Of a DNA stretch of 64,000 nt, positions 36,351-45,275 are shown one piece after another. The stretch is from Patescibacteria group bacterium (GTDB lineage Bacteria; Patescibacteriota; WWE3; JAMCXX01), in contig JAMCXX010000002.1 in NCBI GenBank assembly GCA_023474425.1, forward strand, positions 196,217 through 260,216, given 5' to 3'. The notes under the pieces were generated by a model. The model saw only the letters and a list, made by a program, of their open reading frames with translations, was not told the origin of the DNA and searched no databases. Both the position numbers and the translations under genes were made by a program. Within the stretch, counting starts at the first letter, position 1. Every line of letters begins with the position of its first letter.

Positions 36351-36533
36351 ATGAAGAAGGATTCAGAGTCGTTTAACTTAAGTGTGAATCACAGACGGTC
36401 CGGAATCGCCTCCGCACCGTCTTTTTTGTTCGATAATCGGCGCCGTGAGGCGAAATACGAAACCGAAAAAGCCGTCACCCTCAAAACGGACGGTAACCGT
36501 TTCAACATTACTCTTGTACTACCGCATCATTAA
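36351..36533 (+). CDS. possible small protein (60 aa)
   Basis: Track ORF with ATG 7 nt after the previous stop. No SD and no recognised family. Confidence 0.3.
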   Translation: MKKDSESFNLSVNHRRSGIASAPSFLFDNRRREAKYETEKAVTLKTDGNRFNITLVLPHH

Positions 36534-36603
36534 TCCCATAGCTTTGACAACTGCCGGTTCTGGTGGTAGAATCGGCCAAATATCCAAGAGAGGGAGGCAA
36601 AAA

Positions 36604-36978
36604 TTGAGGAGACTCAAAGCCGGTCAAAATTGGATTTGGTTGGTCCAGGACAGGCACAGAGAGGTTTGCGGAGGTTGTGGCCAGAGAATAAGAAACGACG
36701 TCAGCCACCACGTTGGCGGCGATGACCCCGGGCGATTTCACATTTGCCATGAGAGTGTAGGACGGGTGGTTGAGTTCAAACTGCCCGACGAGCCGCCGGA
36801 GTCAAAACTACTTTTTGAGGTCTGCTCTGTGGACGGCTGTGATTCGGCCCGAGTGGTTGAGGGCGATGATGATACGGTTTGGAACACAAACGGCAAATCG
36901 TATCTTTGGCGCTACAAAAATTTCTTTCGGGTTCGGATGGTTGGTCCTTGCGACCGCCACACTCAAAATTCCAAATAA
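36604..36978 (+). CDS. possible Cys/His-containing small protein
   Basis: A TTG start is preceded by GAGGGAGGcaaaaa and is in frame with track ORF 36445-36978. It contains CGGCG...HH...HICH. The stop abuts the SD of the next gene. A competing antisense ORF at 36508-36750 cannot be excluded. Confidence 0.35.
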   Translation: MRRLKAGQNWIWLVQDRHREVCGGCGQRIRNDVSHHVGGDDPGRFHICHESVGRVVEFKLPDEPPESKLLFEVCSVDGCDSARVVEGDDDTVWNTNGKSYLWRYKNFFRVRMVGPCDRHTQNSK

Positions 36979-36987
36979 GGAGGAGAA

Positions 36988-37324
36988 ATGCCAAAGTCGA
37001 AGCTAAGGCCAATTCACCATGTGGATGAGTGGTGGGAGTGTCCGGTGTGCCACTCGTACAAGTTCCAGTCGGCTAAGGAGGTGGAAAGGGGGGTTGAGGT
37101 TTGTTCCGTTATCTCCCTTTAAGGTCGGCGATAAAGTCCGGTACAAAAACGGCAAGCTAGTGGGTAAGGTCAGTGACATCCAAACTTATTCACAAGGGGA
37201 TCGGGCAGCCCACAAGCACGTCCTTTGCATTACCGTGAGAATCAGCCCGACGGGCGGCAGTTCTATGTTCTACATCCACGAAGATGAGGATGAATCCAAG
37301 CAGCTGGAACTGGACGAAGAATAA
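36988..37324 (+). pseudogene. small Zn-ribbon/SH3-like protein gene interrupted by a +1 frame change at a G6 run
   Basis: ATG 36988 has the SD AAGGAGGagaa and encodes MPKSKLRPIHHVDEWWECPVCHSYKFQSAKEVERG, stopping at 37122. The +1 frame from the G run (37088-37093) continues GLRFVPLSPFKVGDKVRYKNGKLVGKV... to 37324. Removing one G gives a single ORF of about 111 aa. Confidence 0.45.
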
Positions 37325-37335
37325 AGGAGGCAAGG

Positions 37336-37599
37336 GTGATTAAGATCGTGGCTGGAACCGGCGTCGTTTTCGTCGGTCGCGGGCGGAAGGATCAGTACGA
37401 GGATGTGAAGGAGGTCTTTTCCGAAATGGGCGCCGATGTGCGTTATGTGCCCGGGCCTAAAAAATTGGCGCCGATTCTTCTGGATTTTCACGAGTGCCGG
37501 AAGGTTCTGGTTTTTACCGACACCGAGAATGTAGCAGAGGTTCGGGAAGTTGTGGGGAAGTCCCAAGGAGTGGAAGTTTCAGACGAATACGACCTATAG
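37336..37599 (+). CDS. hypothetical protein
   Basis: 87 aa with a GTG start preceded by AAGGAGGcaagg. No family recognised. Confidence 0.5.
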   Translation: MIKIVAGTGVVFVGRGRKDQYEDVKEVFSEMGADVRYVPGPKKLAPILLDFHECRKVLVFTDTENVAEVREVVGKSQGVEVSDEYDL

Positions 37600-37662
37600 A
37601 TTTGACTTTCCGGCGGCCTCATGATATACTATAAGGTATATTCTAAGGCAAAGGAGAGTGGC

Positions 37663-37935
37663 ATGGTCGAAGCATTCGCAACGTTAACGGCCTACCTTGT
37701 AATTGCTCTAACACTGGGACCGATTTGGGCCGTTGGATTGTTTGTGGTTCGTGTTCTGGTCGGTAGACTGACGCCACCGCAATCACCTTACCCGCTTTTC
37801 GTCGTTCAGCTGGTAATCTACCTTCTTGCGGTCTTGGGTGCTAAGGAGTGGACTACACCGGTATTTTACTTTTTCACGGTGTTGTTCGCCTTTGCCCTCG
37901 TGTGGCCGTTCATGAAGGTCTTTGGTCGCGCCTAG
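37663..37935 (+). CDS. small three-TM membrane protein
   Basis: ATG 37663 is preceded by AAGGAGagtggc; the track start is 37621. The sequence begins MVEAFATLTAYLVIALTLGPIWAVGLFVV... Confidence 0.5.
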   Translation: MVEAFATLTAYLVIALTLGPIWAVGLFVVRVLVGRLTPPQSPYPLFVVQLVIYLLAVLGAKEWTTPVFYFFTVLFAFALVWPFMKVFGRA

Positions 37936-37942
37936 TCTTAAC

Positions 37943-37986
37943 AAAGACACCGTCGGAAAAAATTCCCGCGGTGTCTTTTATTTTTC
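37943..37986 (+). terminator. rho-independent terminator of the small-gene cassette
   Basis: aaagacaccg (37943-37952) pairs with cggtgtcttt (37969-37978) in a 10-bp perfect stem with a 16-nt loop, followed by TTTTATTTTT. Confidence 0.65.
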
Positions 37987-38053
37987 AGCAATTTTTAAGC
38001 CGGTTCTGTTAAATTGAGAGTATGAAATTCAGGCAGGAAGGGGGTGTTTTAAA

Positions 38054-38314
38054 ATGATGGGTTATTTTTGGCCCAATCACATGGGCTGGGGTTTCGGCTC
38101 CTTTGGTTTTTTGGGACTAATAGGCGTGATTTTCAACATTCTTTTTTGGGTTTTAATTGTTCTTTTAATTGTTTCTCTTTTTAAGCATCTTTCCGGCTCA
38201 AAAGAGGCGGAGAAAGAGTCGGACTCTTCCCTAAAAATTCTTAAGGAACGCTATGCCCGGGGGGAAATAAATAAGGAGGAATTTGACCAAAAGAAAAAAG
38301 ATTTACTACCATAG
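38054..38314 (+). CDS. SHOCT domain membrane protein
   Basis: 86 aa with a TM helix and the C-terminal SHOCT motif LKILKERYARGEINKEEFDQKKKDL. Confidence 0.75.
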   Translation: MMGYFWPNHMGWGFGSFGFLGLIGVIFNILFWVLIVLLIVSLFKHLSGSKEAEKESDSSLKILKERYARGEINKEEFDQKKKDLLP

Positions 38315-38336
38315 GGGAGAGAGGAGGTGGTAAATT

Positions 38337-38576
38337 TTGAATTTAAATAAAGCGGCTTTAACCGGCGGCATTGTTTGGGGCGGTTGTCTTTTCGTAACCA
38401 CGCTGGCTTCGGTGTACTTCGGCTACGCCACGGCTTTCCTGCAAGCTTTCGGCAGCATCTACCCCGGCTACAGCATAACTTTAACCGGCAGTGTCGTCGG
38501 TTTAATCTACGGATTTTTGGACGCTTTTGTGGGTGTCTATATTATTGCCTGGGTCTACAAAATGCTGTCCAAATAA
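38337..38576 (+). CDS. small two-TM membrane protein
   Basis: 79 aa with a TTG start after GGAGAGAGGAGG. The two helices are rich in Gly and aromatic residues. Confidence 0.5.
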   Translation: MNLNKAALTGGIVWGGCLFVTTLASVYFGYATAFLQAFGSIYPGYSITLTGSVVGLIYGFLDAFVGVYIIAWVYKMLSK

Positions 38577-38603
38577 GTTTCGTAGCCTTTATTTTATATC
38601 TGT

Positions 38604-38840
38604 ATGAATAGTGATACCTTTGAAGTAAAGGGTGAGGAGCTTTTGGCCAAAGTTAAGGAAATAATTAAGGAAGGCAACGTGCGTCAAATTTCCATTGTGA
38701 GTAAAGAGGGAAAGACTTTGATTGTTCTACCTCTGACTTTGGGAGTGGTGGGCGCTCTTTTGGCTCCGGCTCTGGCGGCGGTGGGCGCTGTAGCCGCCCT
38801 CGTTTCCGAATGTTCCATAAAAGTGGAGCGGAAAGAGTGA
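38604..38840 (+). CDS. DUF4342 domain protein
   Basis: 78 aa. FEVKGEELLAKVKEIIKEGNVRQISIVSKEGKTLIVLPLTLGVVGALLAP is the typical DUF4342 pattern. Confidence 0.6.
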   Translation: MNSDTFEVKGEELLAKVKEIIKEGNVRQISIVSKEGKTLIVLPLTLGVVGALLAPALAAVGAVAALVSECSIKVERKE

Positions 38841-38855
38841 AAACATCCGGCGAAA

Positions 38856-39344
38856 TTATTCCAGCAGAGGAAACCTCTTGACCAAAGCAATTTTTTGCCA
38901 AAAAGAGCCCAGACCCAAATACCGGCCGGGGTTGGAGAAAATAAATGAGAGGAGGATGAGCGAGTAAACAATATGCTCGTCAACAAAAGGGTTAGTGGTT
39001 GGCGGCAGGAAGGCGGCCGAGTAAAAAATTAAGAGCATAAGGGCGCCAAAAAACGAACCCAGTTTTACCGCAATTCCCAAAATCAAGGTGAGGCCCACGA
39101 AAAGAAGCCCAAGCATAAAAAGCCAGTCAACAGCCGGATTTCCGGCCAGACTCTGGTAAAAGTGAGTGAAGGGTCCTTTGGTGGCAAATTTTAAAAAGCT
39201 TAAGGTGGGGGAGACGCCGTTAATTAAAGCGTGTCCGGCTTTGGTGCTAAAGCCCAGGCCAAAAACTTTGTCCAAAAAAGCCCAAAAGAAAATCCAGCCC
39301 AAAGCCAGTCTTAAAAGTCCTAAAAGGCAGTCGGATTTACCCAT
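38856..39344 (-). CDS. DoxX family membrane protein
   Basis: 162 aa with four TM helices and the N-terminus LLRLALGWIFFWAFLDKVFG. Confidence 0.6.
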   Translation of the reverse strand: MGKSDCLLGLLRLALGWIFFWAFLDKVFGLGFSTKAGHALINGVSPTLSFLKFATKGPFTHFYQSLAGNPAVDWLFMLGLLFVGLTLILGIAVKLGSFFGALMLLIFYSAAFLPPTTNPFVDEHIVYSLILLSFIFSNPGRYLGLGSFWQKIALVKRFPLLE

Positions 39345-39376
39345 CGCCTTAAATTTATATCCTTAGGCCGCCAAAA

Positions 39377-41218
39377 TCAAGGCCCTACCAATCTGCTAAC
39401 CGCAAGGCCTCGGCCTTCAATTTTTCCTTTGGCCAAAAGCTCCGTAGCCAAATAAAGATAATTAATGGCGTTTTCGGTGAGGGTAATTTCGGGATTAACA
39501 AATTTGGCCGCGTTGTTACTCATTTTTTGGTAGAGGGTTTCGTTGGTGAGAAGGTCATAGAGATAACCGGCTACGGCTTCCGTGTTGCCAGTTTCGGCCA
39601 GAAACCCGCTGACCTTATCTGTAATCTGTAAGGGAATGCCGCCGGTTTTGTAAGCTACCACCGGCACGCCTTTTGCCAAAGCTTCGGTGACTTTGTATTC
39701 CAGGCCTTCTTTGTGGGAGAGTTGCAGGCAAATTTTGGCCTTTCTCAAAAGTACATTAAGGAGTTGGTCGAGGTGTGGCAGTTTGGCCACACGGACATTG
39801 GGAAGCAGATGCCGGTACCGCGGCCGGCGCAAAAGATCCCAAGTCAGCACAAGCTCGGGCACGCCGTCGGTGTCATCCACCGAATCGTTGCCGCAAATAA
39901 TCAACTGCGGCACGCCTTGGTGCCTTTCGGTCAATCTTTCACAAACTCTTTGGAAGGACTCAATCACGTCGGGGATGCCTTTGGAGGGGTCAAAACGGGC
40001 AATTTGTATAAGATAGGGCCGCGCCAAATCAAGAGGTTCCTGGTTGTTTTCCAAAAGCAGTTTGTTAAAAACTTTTAGATAGTAGTCTTCGTCCTCTGGC
40101 GCCAGATTTTTATTAAGCCCGTTTAAGGGGTCTATAACCGCCGGCATGAGGACCGTTTTTTCCAAAGGAACACTTGAGGGAATAAAACTTTTGACGGGGT
40201 GGCTCACAAAGCAGTCAGCCAGACGGATAAATTGATAAAGAAAGTCCCAGGTTGCCTTCTGCGGCGTTCCCGGCCTGTCCGTAAGAATTGATTCTATCTG
40301 AATATGCGAGCGGTAAATGATTTTGACGTGGGGGTTAATTTTTAAAAGATGGGGAATGAGTCCTGCGGGCTGTGGATCATCGATAACCACGACGTCTGAA
40401 TTCTTAAAAACCTCTTTAAGTTTTTGGGCGTTCTCGTCCATCCAGGATAGGTAAAGTTTGCGGTCCGACGCCGTTAAGCGGATTTTTGGGCCGGCCACAT
40501 TTTGCAGGATATTGTGAAACTTGGTTTTGGTAATAGCGAAAGCCTCCGGCCGATTGATAAGCACGAACCAGCGGGCCTTAATGCCCAAACTTTTTAAAAG
40601 CGGCGTGAGGGATCGGCGCATAATAGCCACGCCGCCGCCCCGCGGCGTGGCATTAATAAAAGTTAGGCGACTACTGCCGAATTTTTCTGCCAGCTCTTTG
40701 AGTTTTAAAAAGCGGTTCGCTGGCGTGATTTTTTGGTAGGCCGAAAGGTCTGCCGTTGAGCCGACTTCAACTTCGTTGTTTGGTCCAAGTCTGACCTTTG
40801 GCACACCCGCTTCGTCGAAGCGCGCCTCTAAATCGGCCGCGGCCCGGCGGAAAAACTTCCGCCCTTTTTCCGTCGAGTTTTTAGAAACATAGGGAATTAT
40901 GTCTCCTTTAAGCCAAAGTGTTGAGGAGAGGTCCGGGTTGTTTTCGCCGCCGAAAATTTGAGCCGCTACAAATTTTAGATTTTTTTTTCGGGCACGGGTT
41001 CTAAGGTAAGAAACTATTTTTTTACCGCAACCTTCCCGGCCGTTAAAGCGGACGGAGAAGGGAAGGCTGCCGCCGCCGGTTTGCCAAAATTCGGCTTTGC
41101 TGCCAATAAGGTTCACGGCCAGAAAGGAAAGCTGCGGCAGATTAAGACGGTCAATTTGCCGGCGGATTTGGGAAAGTTCCTGATTAATATTTAGTAACTT
41201 ATGCCGTTTCTTTGCCAT
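39377..41218 (-). CDS. GT4 glycosyltransferase, trehalose synthase (TreT)-like, with about 170-aa N-terminal extension
   Basis: 613 aa. The sequence contains FINATPRGGGVAIMRRSL...FHNILQ...VVVIDDPQPAGLIPHL, and a C-terminal GT-B half with the E(x7)E-like motif SHKEGLEYKVTEALAKGVPVVA. Confidence 0.6.
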   Translation of the reverse strand: MAKKRHKLLNINQELSQIRRQIDRLNLPQLSFLAVNLIGSKAEFWQTGGGSLPFSVRFNGREGCGKKIVSYLRTRARKKNLKFVAAQIFGGENNPDLSSTLWLKGDIIPYVSKNSTEKGRKFFRRAAADLEARFDEAGVPKVRLGPNNEVEVGSTADLSAYQKITPANRFLKLKELAEKFGSSRLTFINATPRGGGVAIMRRSLTPLLKSLGIKARWFVLINRPEAFAITKTKFHNILQNVAGPKIRLTASDRKLYLSWMDENAQKLKEVFKNSDVVVIDDPQPAGLIPHLLKINPHVKIIYRSHIQIESILTDRPGTPQKATWDFLYQFIRLADCFVSHPVKSFIPSSVPLEKTVLMPAVIDPLNGLNKNLAPEDEDYYLKVFNKLLLENNQEPLDLARPYLIQIARFDPSKGIPDVIESFQRVCERLTERHQGVPQLIICGNDSVDDTDGVPELVLTWDLLRRPRYRHLLPNVRVAKLPHLDQLLNVLLRKAKICLQLSHKEGLEYKVTEALAKGVPVVAYKTGGIPLQITDKVSGFLAETGNTEAVAGYLYDLLTNETLYQKMSNNAAKFVNPEITLTENAINYLYLATELLAKGKIEGRGLAVSRLVGP

Positions 41219-41332
41219 GACTTGCGGTGACGGTTAGCTGCCCCAAGTTTATAACTCTAAACTTTTTTGTCGATAGGTTTTTAAGTTGTTTTTAGCCTTT
41301 ACACCAAAATTAAACGGGTCTAAATTAGGAAG

Positions 41333-42976
41333 ATGAACGATTTGGCTGGGGAAATTAAGCAAAATTTTTCGGGTGATGTTTTAGCCGATGAGGCAACGCT
41401 TAAACTATACAGCCATGATGCCAGTCTTTTTGAAGTCAGCCCCCGTCTGGTCGTTTTTCCCAAAGTTTCAAAAGACATTCAAAATTTAGTCCACTCCGTT
41501 ACCCGCCTTAACTCACAGGGTGAGCACTTAAGTTTAACGGCCCGTGCGGGCGGCACGGATATGAGCGGCGGGCCGTTGAGCGAATCGGTGGTTGTGGAAT
41601 TTGACCGCTACTTAAATCATCTAAAGGAAATTGGCGAAGATTTTGCCGTGACCGAGCCAGGTGTATACTACCGCGATTTTGAAAAAGAAACGCTCAAGCA
41701 TAATTTGCTTTTGCCCAGCTTTCCCGCCTCCCGGGAAATCTGCACCGTGGGCGGGATGGTGGCCAACAACTCCGGCGGCGAAAAGACTTTAACCTACGGC
41801 AAAACGGAAGATTATTTGGAGGAGGTTAAAATGATTCTTTCCGACGGCGAAGAGCACTCCTTCCAAAAATTAAATTTGGGTGAGCTGGAAGCCGTCAAGA
41901 ATAAAAACGGTTTTGAGGGTCAAATTTACCGTCGTCTGTTCGACCTCATTAACAATAATTACGACCTTTTGCAGTCGGCCAAACCCAAAGTTTCTAAGAA
42001 TTCGGCCGGTTATTATTTGTGGAACGTTTACGATAAGGAAAAAGGAACCTTTGATTTAACCAAACTTCTGGTAGGGTCACAGGGGACTCTGGGAATTATT
42101 ACCGAATTTAAAGTCCGCCTGGTTACACCAAAACCCCACTCCCAGCTTTTAGTTATTTTTCTTAAAGACCTGAAGCTCTTGGCCAAAGTGGTAAACCATG
42201 TGCTTAAATTCCGGCCGGAAAGTTTTGAATCCTACGATGACCACACGCTCAAAGTTGCCGTTAAACTTTTTCCCGAACTCGCCGCCAAACTTAAAGGCAA
42301 TATTTTAAGTTTAGGTTTGGAGTTTTTGCCCGAATTTTTTATGCTTCTTTCCGGCGGCGTGCCTAAGCTTGTGCTTCTGGCCGAATTTACCGGAGATTCG
42401 ATTGAAGAGGCTAAGGCCAAGGCGCGGGAGGCGCAGCTGAGCCTTAAAGAGTTTAATTTGCCCACACGTTTGGTTGTCTCAAAAAGGGAGGCGCAAAAAT
42501 ACTGGGTGATTCGGCGGGAGAGTTTTAACCTACTGCGCAAGCACGTAAGAGGCATGCGCACGGCGCCGTTTATTGACGATATTATTGTGCGGCCGGAAGA
42601 GCTGCCGGAATTCTTACCCGAACTCTACGGAATTCTTAATCAGTATCCCATTCTCTATACGATTGCCGGTCATGCCGGCGACGGTAATTTTCACATAATC
42701 CCCTTAATGAATATGAGCGACCCTAAATCGCTTAGGATTATTAAAGAGCTGGGGCCCAGGGTTTACCGCCTGATTTTTAAGTACCACGGTTCCATTACCG
42801 CCGAACATAACGACGGCCTAATTAGGAGCCCATATCTTAAGGAATTCTATGGGGATAGAGTGTACGAATTATTTGAGGAAACCAAAAGAATTTTTGACCC
42901 GCAAAACATTTTTAATCCCGGAAAGAAGGTTGGTTCTGATTTGGACTACGCCCTAAATCATATCAGGGTTTCTTGA
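41333..42976 (+). CDS. FAD-binding oxidoreductase (GlcD/D-lactate dehydrogenase family)
   Basis: 547 aa with an FAD_binding_4 N-terminus (VVFPKVSKDIQNLV...RAGGTDMSGGPL, CTVGGMVANNSGG) and a C-terminal HAGDGNFH. Confidence 0.75.
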   Translation: MNDLAGEIKQNFSGDVLADEATLKLYSHDASLFEVSPRLVVFPKVSKDIQNLVHSVTRLNSQGEHLSLTARAGGTDMSGGPLSESVVVEFDRYLNHLKEIGEDFAVTEPGVYYRDFEKETLKHNLLLPSFPASREICTVGGMVANNSGGEKTLTYGKTEDYLEEVKMILSDGEEHSFQKLNLGELEAVKNKNGFEGQIYRRLFDLINNNYDLLQSAKPKVSKNSAGYYLWNVYDKEKGTFDLTKLLVGSQGTLGIITEFKVRLVTPKPHSQLLVIFLKDLKLLAKVVNHVLKFRPESFESYDDHTLKVAVKLFPELAAKLKGNILSLGLEFLPEFFMLLSGGVPKLVLLAEFTGDSIEEAKAKAREAQLSLKEFNLPTRLVVSKREAQKYWVIRRESFNLLRKHVRGMRTAPFIDDIIVRPEELPEFLPELYGILNQYPILYTIAGHAGDGNFHIIPLMNMSDPKSLRIIKELGPRVYRLIFKYHGSITAEHNDGLIRSPYLKEFYGDRVYELFEETKRIFDPQNIFNPGKKVGSDLDYALNHIRVS

Positions 42977-42987
42977 CGAAGAGAATT

Positions 42988-43087
42988 GGCGGGTCCTGCC
43001 AAAGGCTCGTCCCGTCCGACGTCCTCTCCCGACGCAAGGTCGGGATGCGGTCGCTCGACGGGACGCCCTCCGCCTTTGCCACCCGCC
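42988..43087. repeat. 100-nt GC-rich rod-like hairpin element, copy A
   Basis: The nested inverted repeats are ggcgggt/acccgcc, caaaggc/gcctttg, cgtcccgtc/gacgggacg and tcccgac-gcaag-gtcggga. The cores TCCCGTCCGACGTCCTC and TGCGGTCGCTCGACGGGA are shared with copy B. Confidence 0.65.
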
Positions 43088-43101
43088 ACGGCAATTGTCT
43101 T

Positions 43102-43272
43102 ATGTCTACTAAAACTTTTGTCTTTTTGGGAATGATTTTGGGGTCAATTGTTGGCGGCTACCTGCCGGCCTTTTTTGGCGTCGGAATTTTTTCTTTTAGT
43201 TCCATTATCCTTTCCGGTCTCGGAGCTCTGGCCGGAATTTACCTGGCCTACAGAATTTCTAAGGATTGGTGA
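43102..43272 (+). CDS. small two-TM protein (GlsB/YeaQ/YmgE-like)
   Basis: 56 aa from the internal ATG: MSTKTFVFLGMILGSIVGGYLPAFFGVGIFSFSSIILSGLGALAGIYLAYRI. The upstream part of track ORF 42973-43272 is the repeat element. Confidence 0.5.
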   Translation: MSTKTFVFLGMILGSIVGGYLPAFFGVGIFSFSSIILSGLGALAGIYLAYRISKDW

Positions 43273-43275
43273 AAA

Positions 43276-44664
43276 TTAGCGGGGCGGGTTGCCGGCAATT
43301 TTTTTAATGGCAACAATAGCGTCCCATTGGGGAAATTTGGCGCCGTCGCCGCCCACAAAGGCGAAATTATCAAAATTATTCGTCAGGGAGAATGGGGTTA
43401 CGGCCACCACATTGGGGTCGGGCAAAAAATAATTCACAAAAGCCTGTTTGTAAAAATTGGCCACGGTAGCCGCGTCATACCACTCGGGGTGCTGGGTTTG
43501 CCCCTCTTTATGGGGCCAGCCAGTTTCGGTAATAAAAATAGGCAGCTTAACCCCGTATTGGGCCAAAAGCCGCAGCTCAAACTTGTAGGAGTGAATGGTG
43601 TTTCGCCCCGCCTCAAAGGAGCTCTCGGCGCCCACCCTTTGGTCGGAAGGGGTGCCGCGGTAGCCGGGAAAGGGGTAGGCATGCGAGGCCCAGCCGTCCA
43701 ATTTTTTAAAGATGTCGGGCACGGCATCGTTCATGCGCTTAAGGTAGCCGATTTCCGAAAGATAGCAGGATTCAACGCCCAAGTCGGTCTTGATGCAGTG
43801 AATATTGGTTGGATCACCCGTCTGGGCCGAGGCGTTGAAAGCCCCGTTCAAAACAAAAAAATCCGGGCTTTGCTGTTTTAGCTGGTCAACGAGCCGGTTC
43901 AAAATTCTGGCGTAGCCCTCGGGGTCAATTTTTCCGCCCCAGTATTCGCTGGCGTTTACTTCGTTAAAAGCGGAAACAACTTTAAGTCGGGTGGGCCAGT
44001 TAAGACTTCCCAAAAATCGGGCCATGTCGTCAATCTCTCCTTCGGTGGGAATTTGGTGTTGGGCGTCGGGTTCAATTAATTGAATAATGGGAATTAAATG
44101 TTTTTCGGCCATTTTGGAAAAAAGGCCGTTCCAGTTGTCCTTGCCGTTGTCGTGAATGCTTAAAGGCGCCAGAACCCAGCCCCAGTCGCCACCACTGCTG
44201 TTAATAAGCTGGCCGGCTAAGTCCAAATCTCCGCCCACATTATTTAGGTAGACGCCGAATTTGTTGTTGGCAAAGTTGAGCCGGCCTTGGCTTTCCGTAA
44301 CGCTGACGGCCTGGTTGGAAACCGGAGTCGCCGCCGGCTCGGCGGCCTTCGGTGCCGGTGGGGGTGTTGGTGTTTGCGGCTTGGCTTCGGGTGTTGAAAC
44401 CGAAGCCTCCCCGCTAAGCTGAGCGGTTTTGGCCGAATCGGAAGCCTCGCCCAAAATTTCATTATTGGCGGCCAGAGGCGAGTTTAATTTTACGCTGTGG
44501 AAGCTGCGGTCAAGCGCGAGAGACAGCCCTAAAGAAAAAAGCGAGGGTAAAAAAATCACCAGGATTAAATATTTATAGTTATAGCGATGGCGCAATGTTT
44601 CCGTAAGTTTTAACAACCGGTCGCGGAAGTTCGGTGGTGTTGGCGTATCCTCGTAGTACATCAT
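43276..44664 (-). CDS. membrane-anchored TIM-barrel glycoside-hydrolase-like protein
   Basis: 462 aa with an N-terminal TM helix and a Pro/Ala-rich linker (PEAKPQTPTPPPAPKAAEPAATP). The catalytic-looking motif PIFITETGWPHKEG resembles the nucleophile motif of GH17/GH5-type enzymes. Confidence 0.5.
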   Translation of the reverse strand: MMYYEDTPTPPNFRDRLLKLTETLRHRYNYKYLILVIFLPSLFSLGLSLALDRSFHSVKLNSPLAANNEILGEASDSAKTAQLSGEASVSTPEAKPQTPTPPPAPKAAEPAATPVSNQAVSVTESQGRLNFANNKFGVYLNNVGGDLDLAGQLINSSGGDWGWVLAPLSIHDNGKDNWNGLFSKMAEKHLIPIIQLIEPDAQHQIPTEGEIDDMARFLGSLNWPTRLKVVSAFNEVNASEYWGGKIDPEGYARILNRLVDQLKQQSPDFFVLNGAFNASAQTGDPTNIHCIKTDLGVESCYLSEIGYLKRMNDAVPDIFKKLDGWASHAYPFPGYRGTPSDQRVGAESSFEAGRNTIHSYKFELRLLAQYGVKLPIFITETGWPHKEGQTQHPEWYDAATVANFYKQAFVNYFLPDPNVVAVTPFSLTNNFDNFAFVGGDGAKFPQWDAIVAIKKIAGNPPR

Positions 44665-44705
44665 ACTTTTGTCTTATGGCTATGTTATTGTATCATTAAA
44701 CGATA

Positions 44706-45275
44706 ATGAATCCGGATTTGTTTTTGTTTCTCTATCTTAACGGCCTGCCCCACAGCAATTTTTGGGATATTTTTATGCTCGCTGTTTCGCAGTCCATAAT
44801 CCCCTTGACGGCCGCTTTTTTCTTAAGTCTTTTAGCTTTAGGTTTTCTTAAACTTAAAGATTTGCGGGAGTTCGCTTTTTTGAGTCTGGCCTTTGGTGTG
44901 GGGTTTTTGCTTCTCAATGTGGGTGTTAAAGACCTTGTTCGTCGCCCGCGTCCCTACCTCACCGTGCCACAGGCCATTGTGGTTGACCGCACGGAAAAGG
45001 ATTTTTCTTTTCCGTCCGGCCACTCGTTTGTGGTGGCCTGTATAGCCGCTTTAATTGCCCGCAAGAAGGACTGGTCGCTGATTTTCTTTTTGCCGTTTTC
45101 ACTTCTGGTGGGATTTTCGCGAATTTATTTAGGAGTTCACTACCCTTCCGATGTTTTGGTGGGCTTGGGCCTGGGATTTCTTTATGGCACTTTTTTAAAC
45201 TCGGTTGTAGACAAGTTCATTGACCAGAAGATTTTTAACATCCTCAAATTTCACATAGAAGATCCTGCCCATTAA
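44706..45275 (+). CDS. PAP2-family phosphatase (undecaprenyl-diphosphatase-like)
   Basis: 189 aa with PAP2 motifs KDLVRRPRP, SFPSGHS and SRIYLGVHYPSDV. Confidence 0.8.
   Translation: MNPDLFLFLYLNGLPHSNFWDIFMLAVSQSIIPLTAAFFLSLLALGFLKLKDLREFAFLSLAFGVGFLLLNVGVKDLVRRPRPYLTVPQAIVVDRTEKDFSFPSGHSFVVACIAALIARKKDWSLIFFLPFSLLVGFSRIYLGVHYPSDVLVGLGLGFLYGTFLNSVVDKFIDQKIFNILKFHIEDPAH

Noticed and set aside
36508-36750. 80-aa minus-strand ORF inside the GC-richer cassette
   Set aside because: It competes with a plus-strand frame that has an SD-preceded TTG start and fits the unidirectional operon. It cannot be fully excluded, but co-directionality favours the plus-strand reading.
28115-38050. Integrase, transposase or att direct repeat that would delimit the island
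   Set aside because: None was found by eye. No tyrosine or serine recombinase motifs appear in any ORF, and no copy of the tRNA 3' end was seen in the candidate right-boundary spacers. The island boundaries therefore remain compositional only.
42973-43101. N-terminal 43 codons of track ORF 42973-43272
   Set aside because: This stretch is the 100-nt hairpin repeat (a second copy lies at 48710-48812). The real gene most likely starts at ATG 43102.
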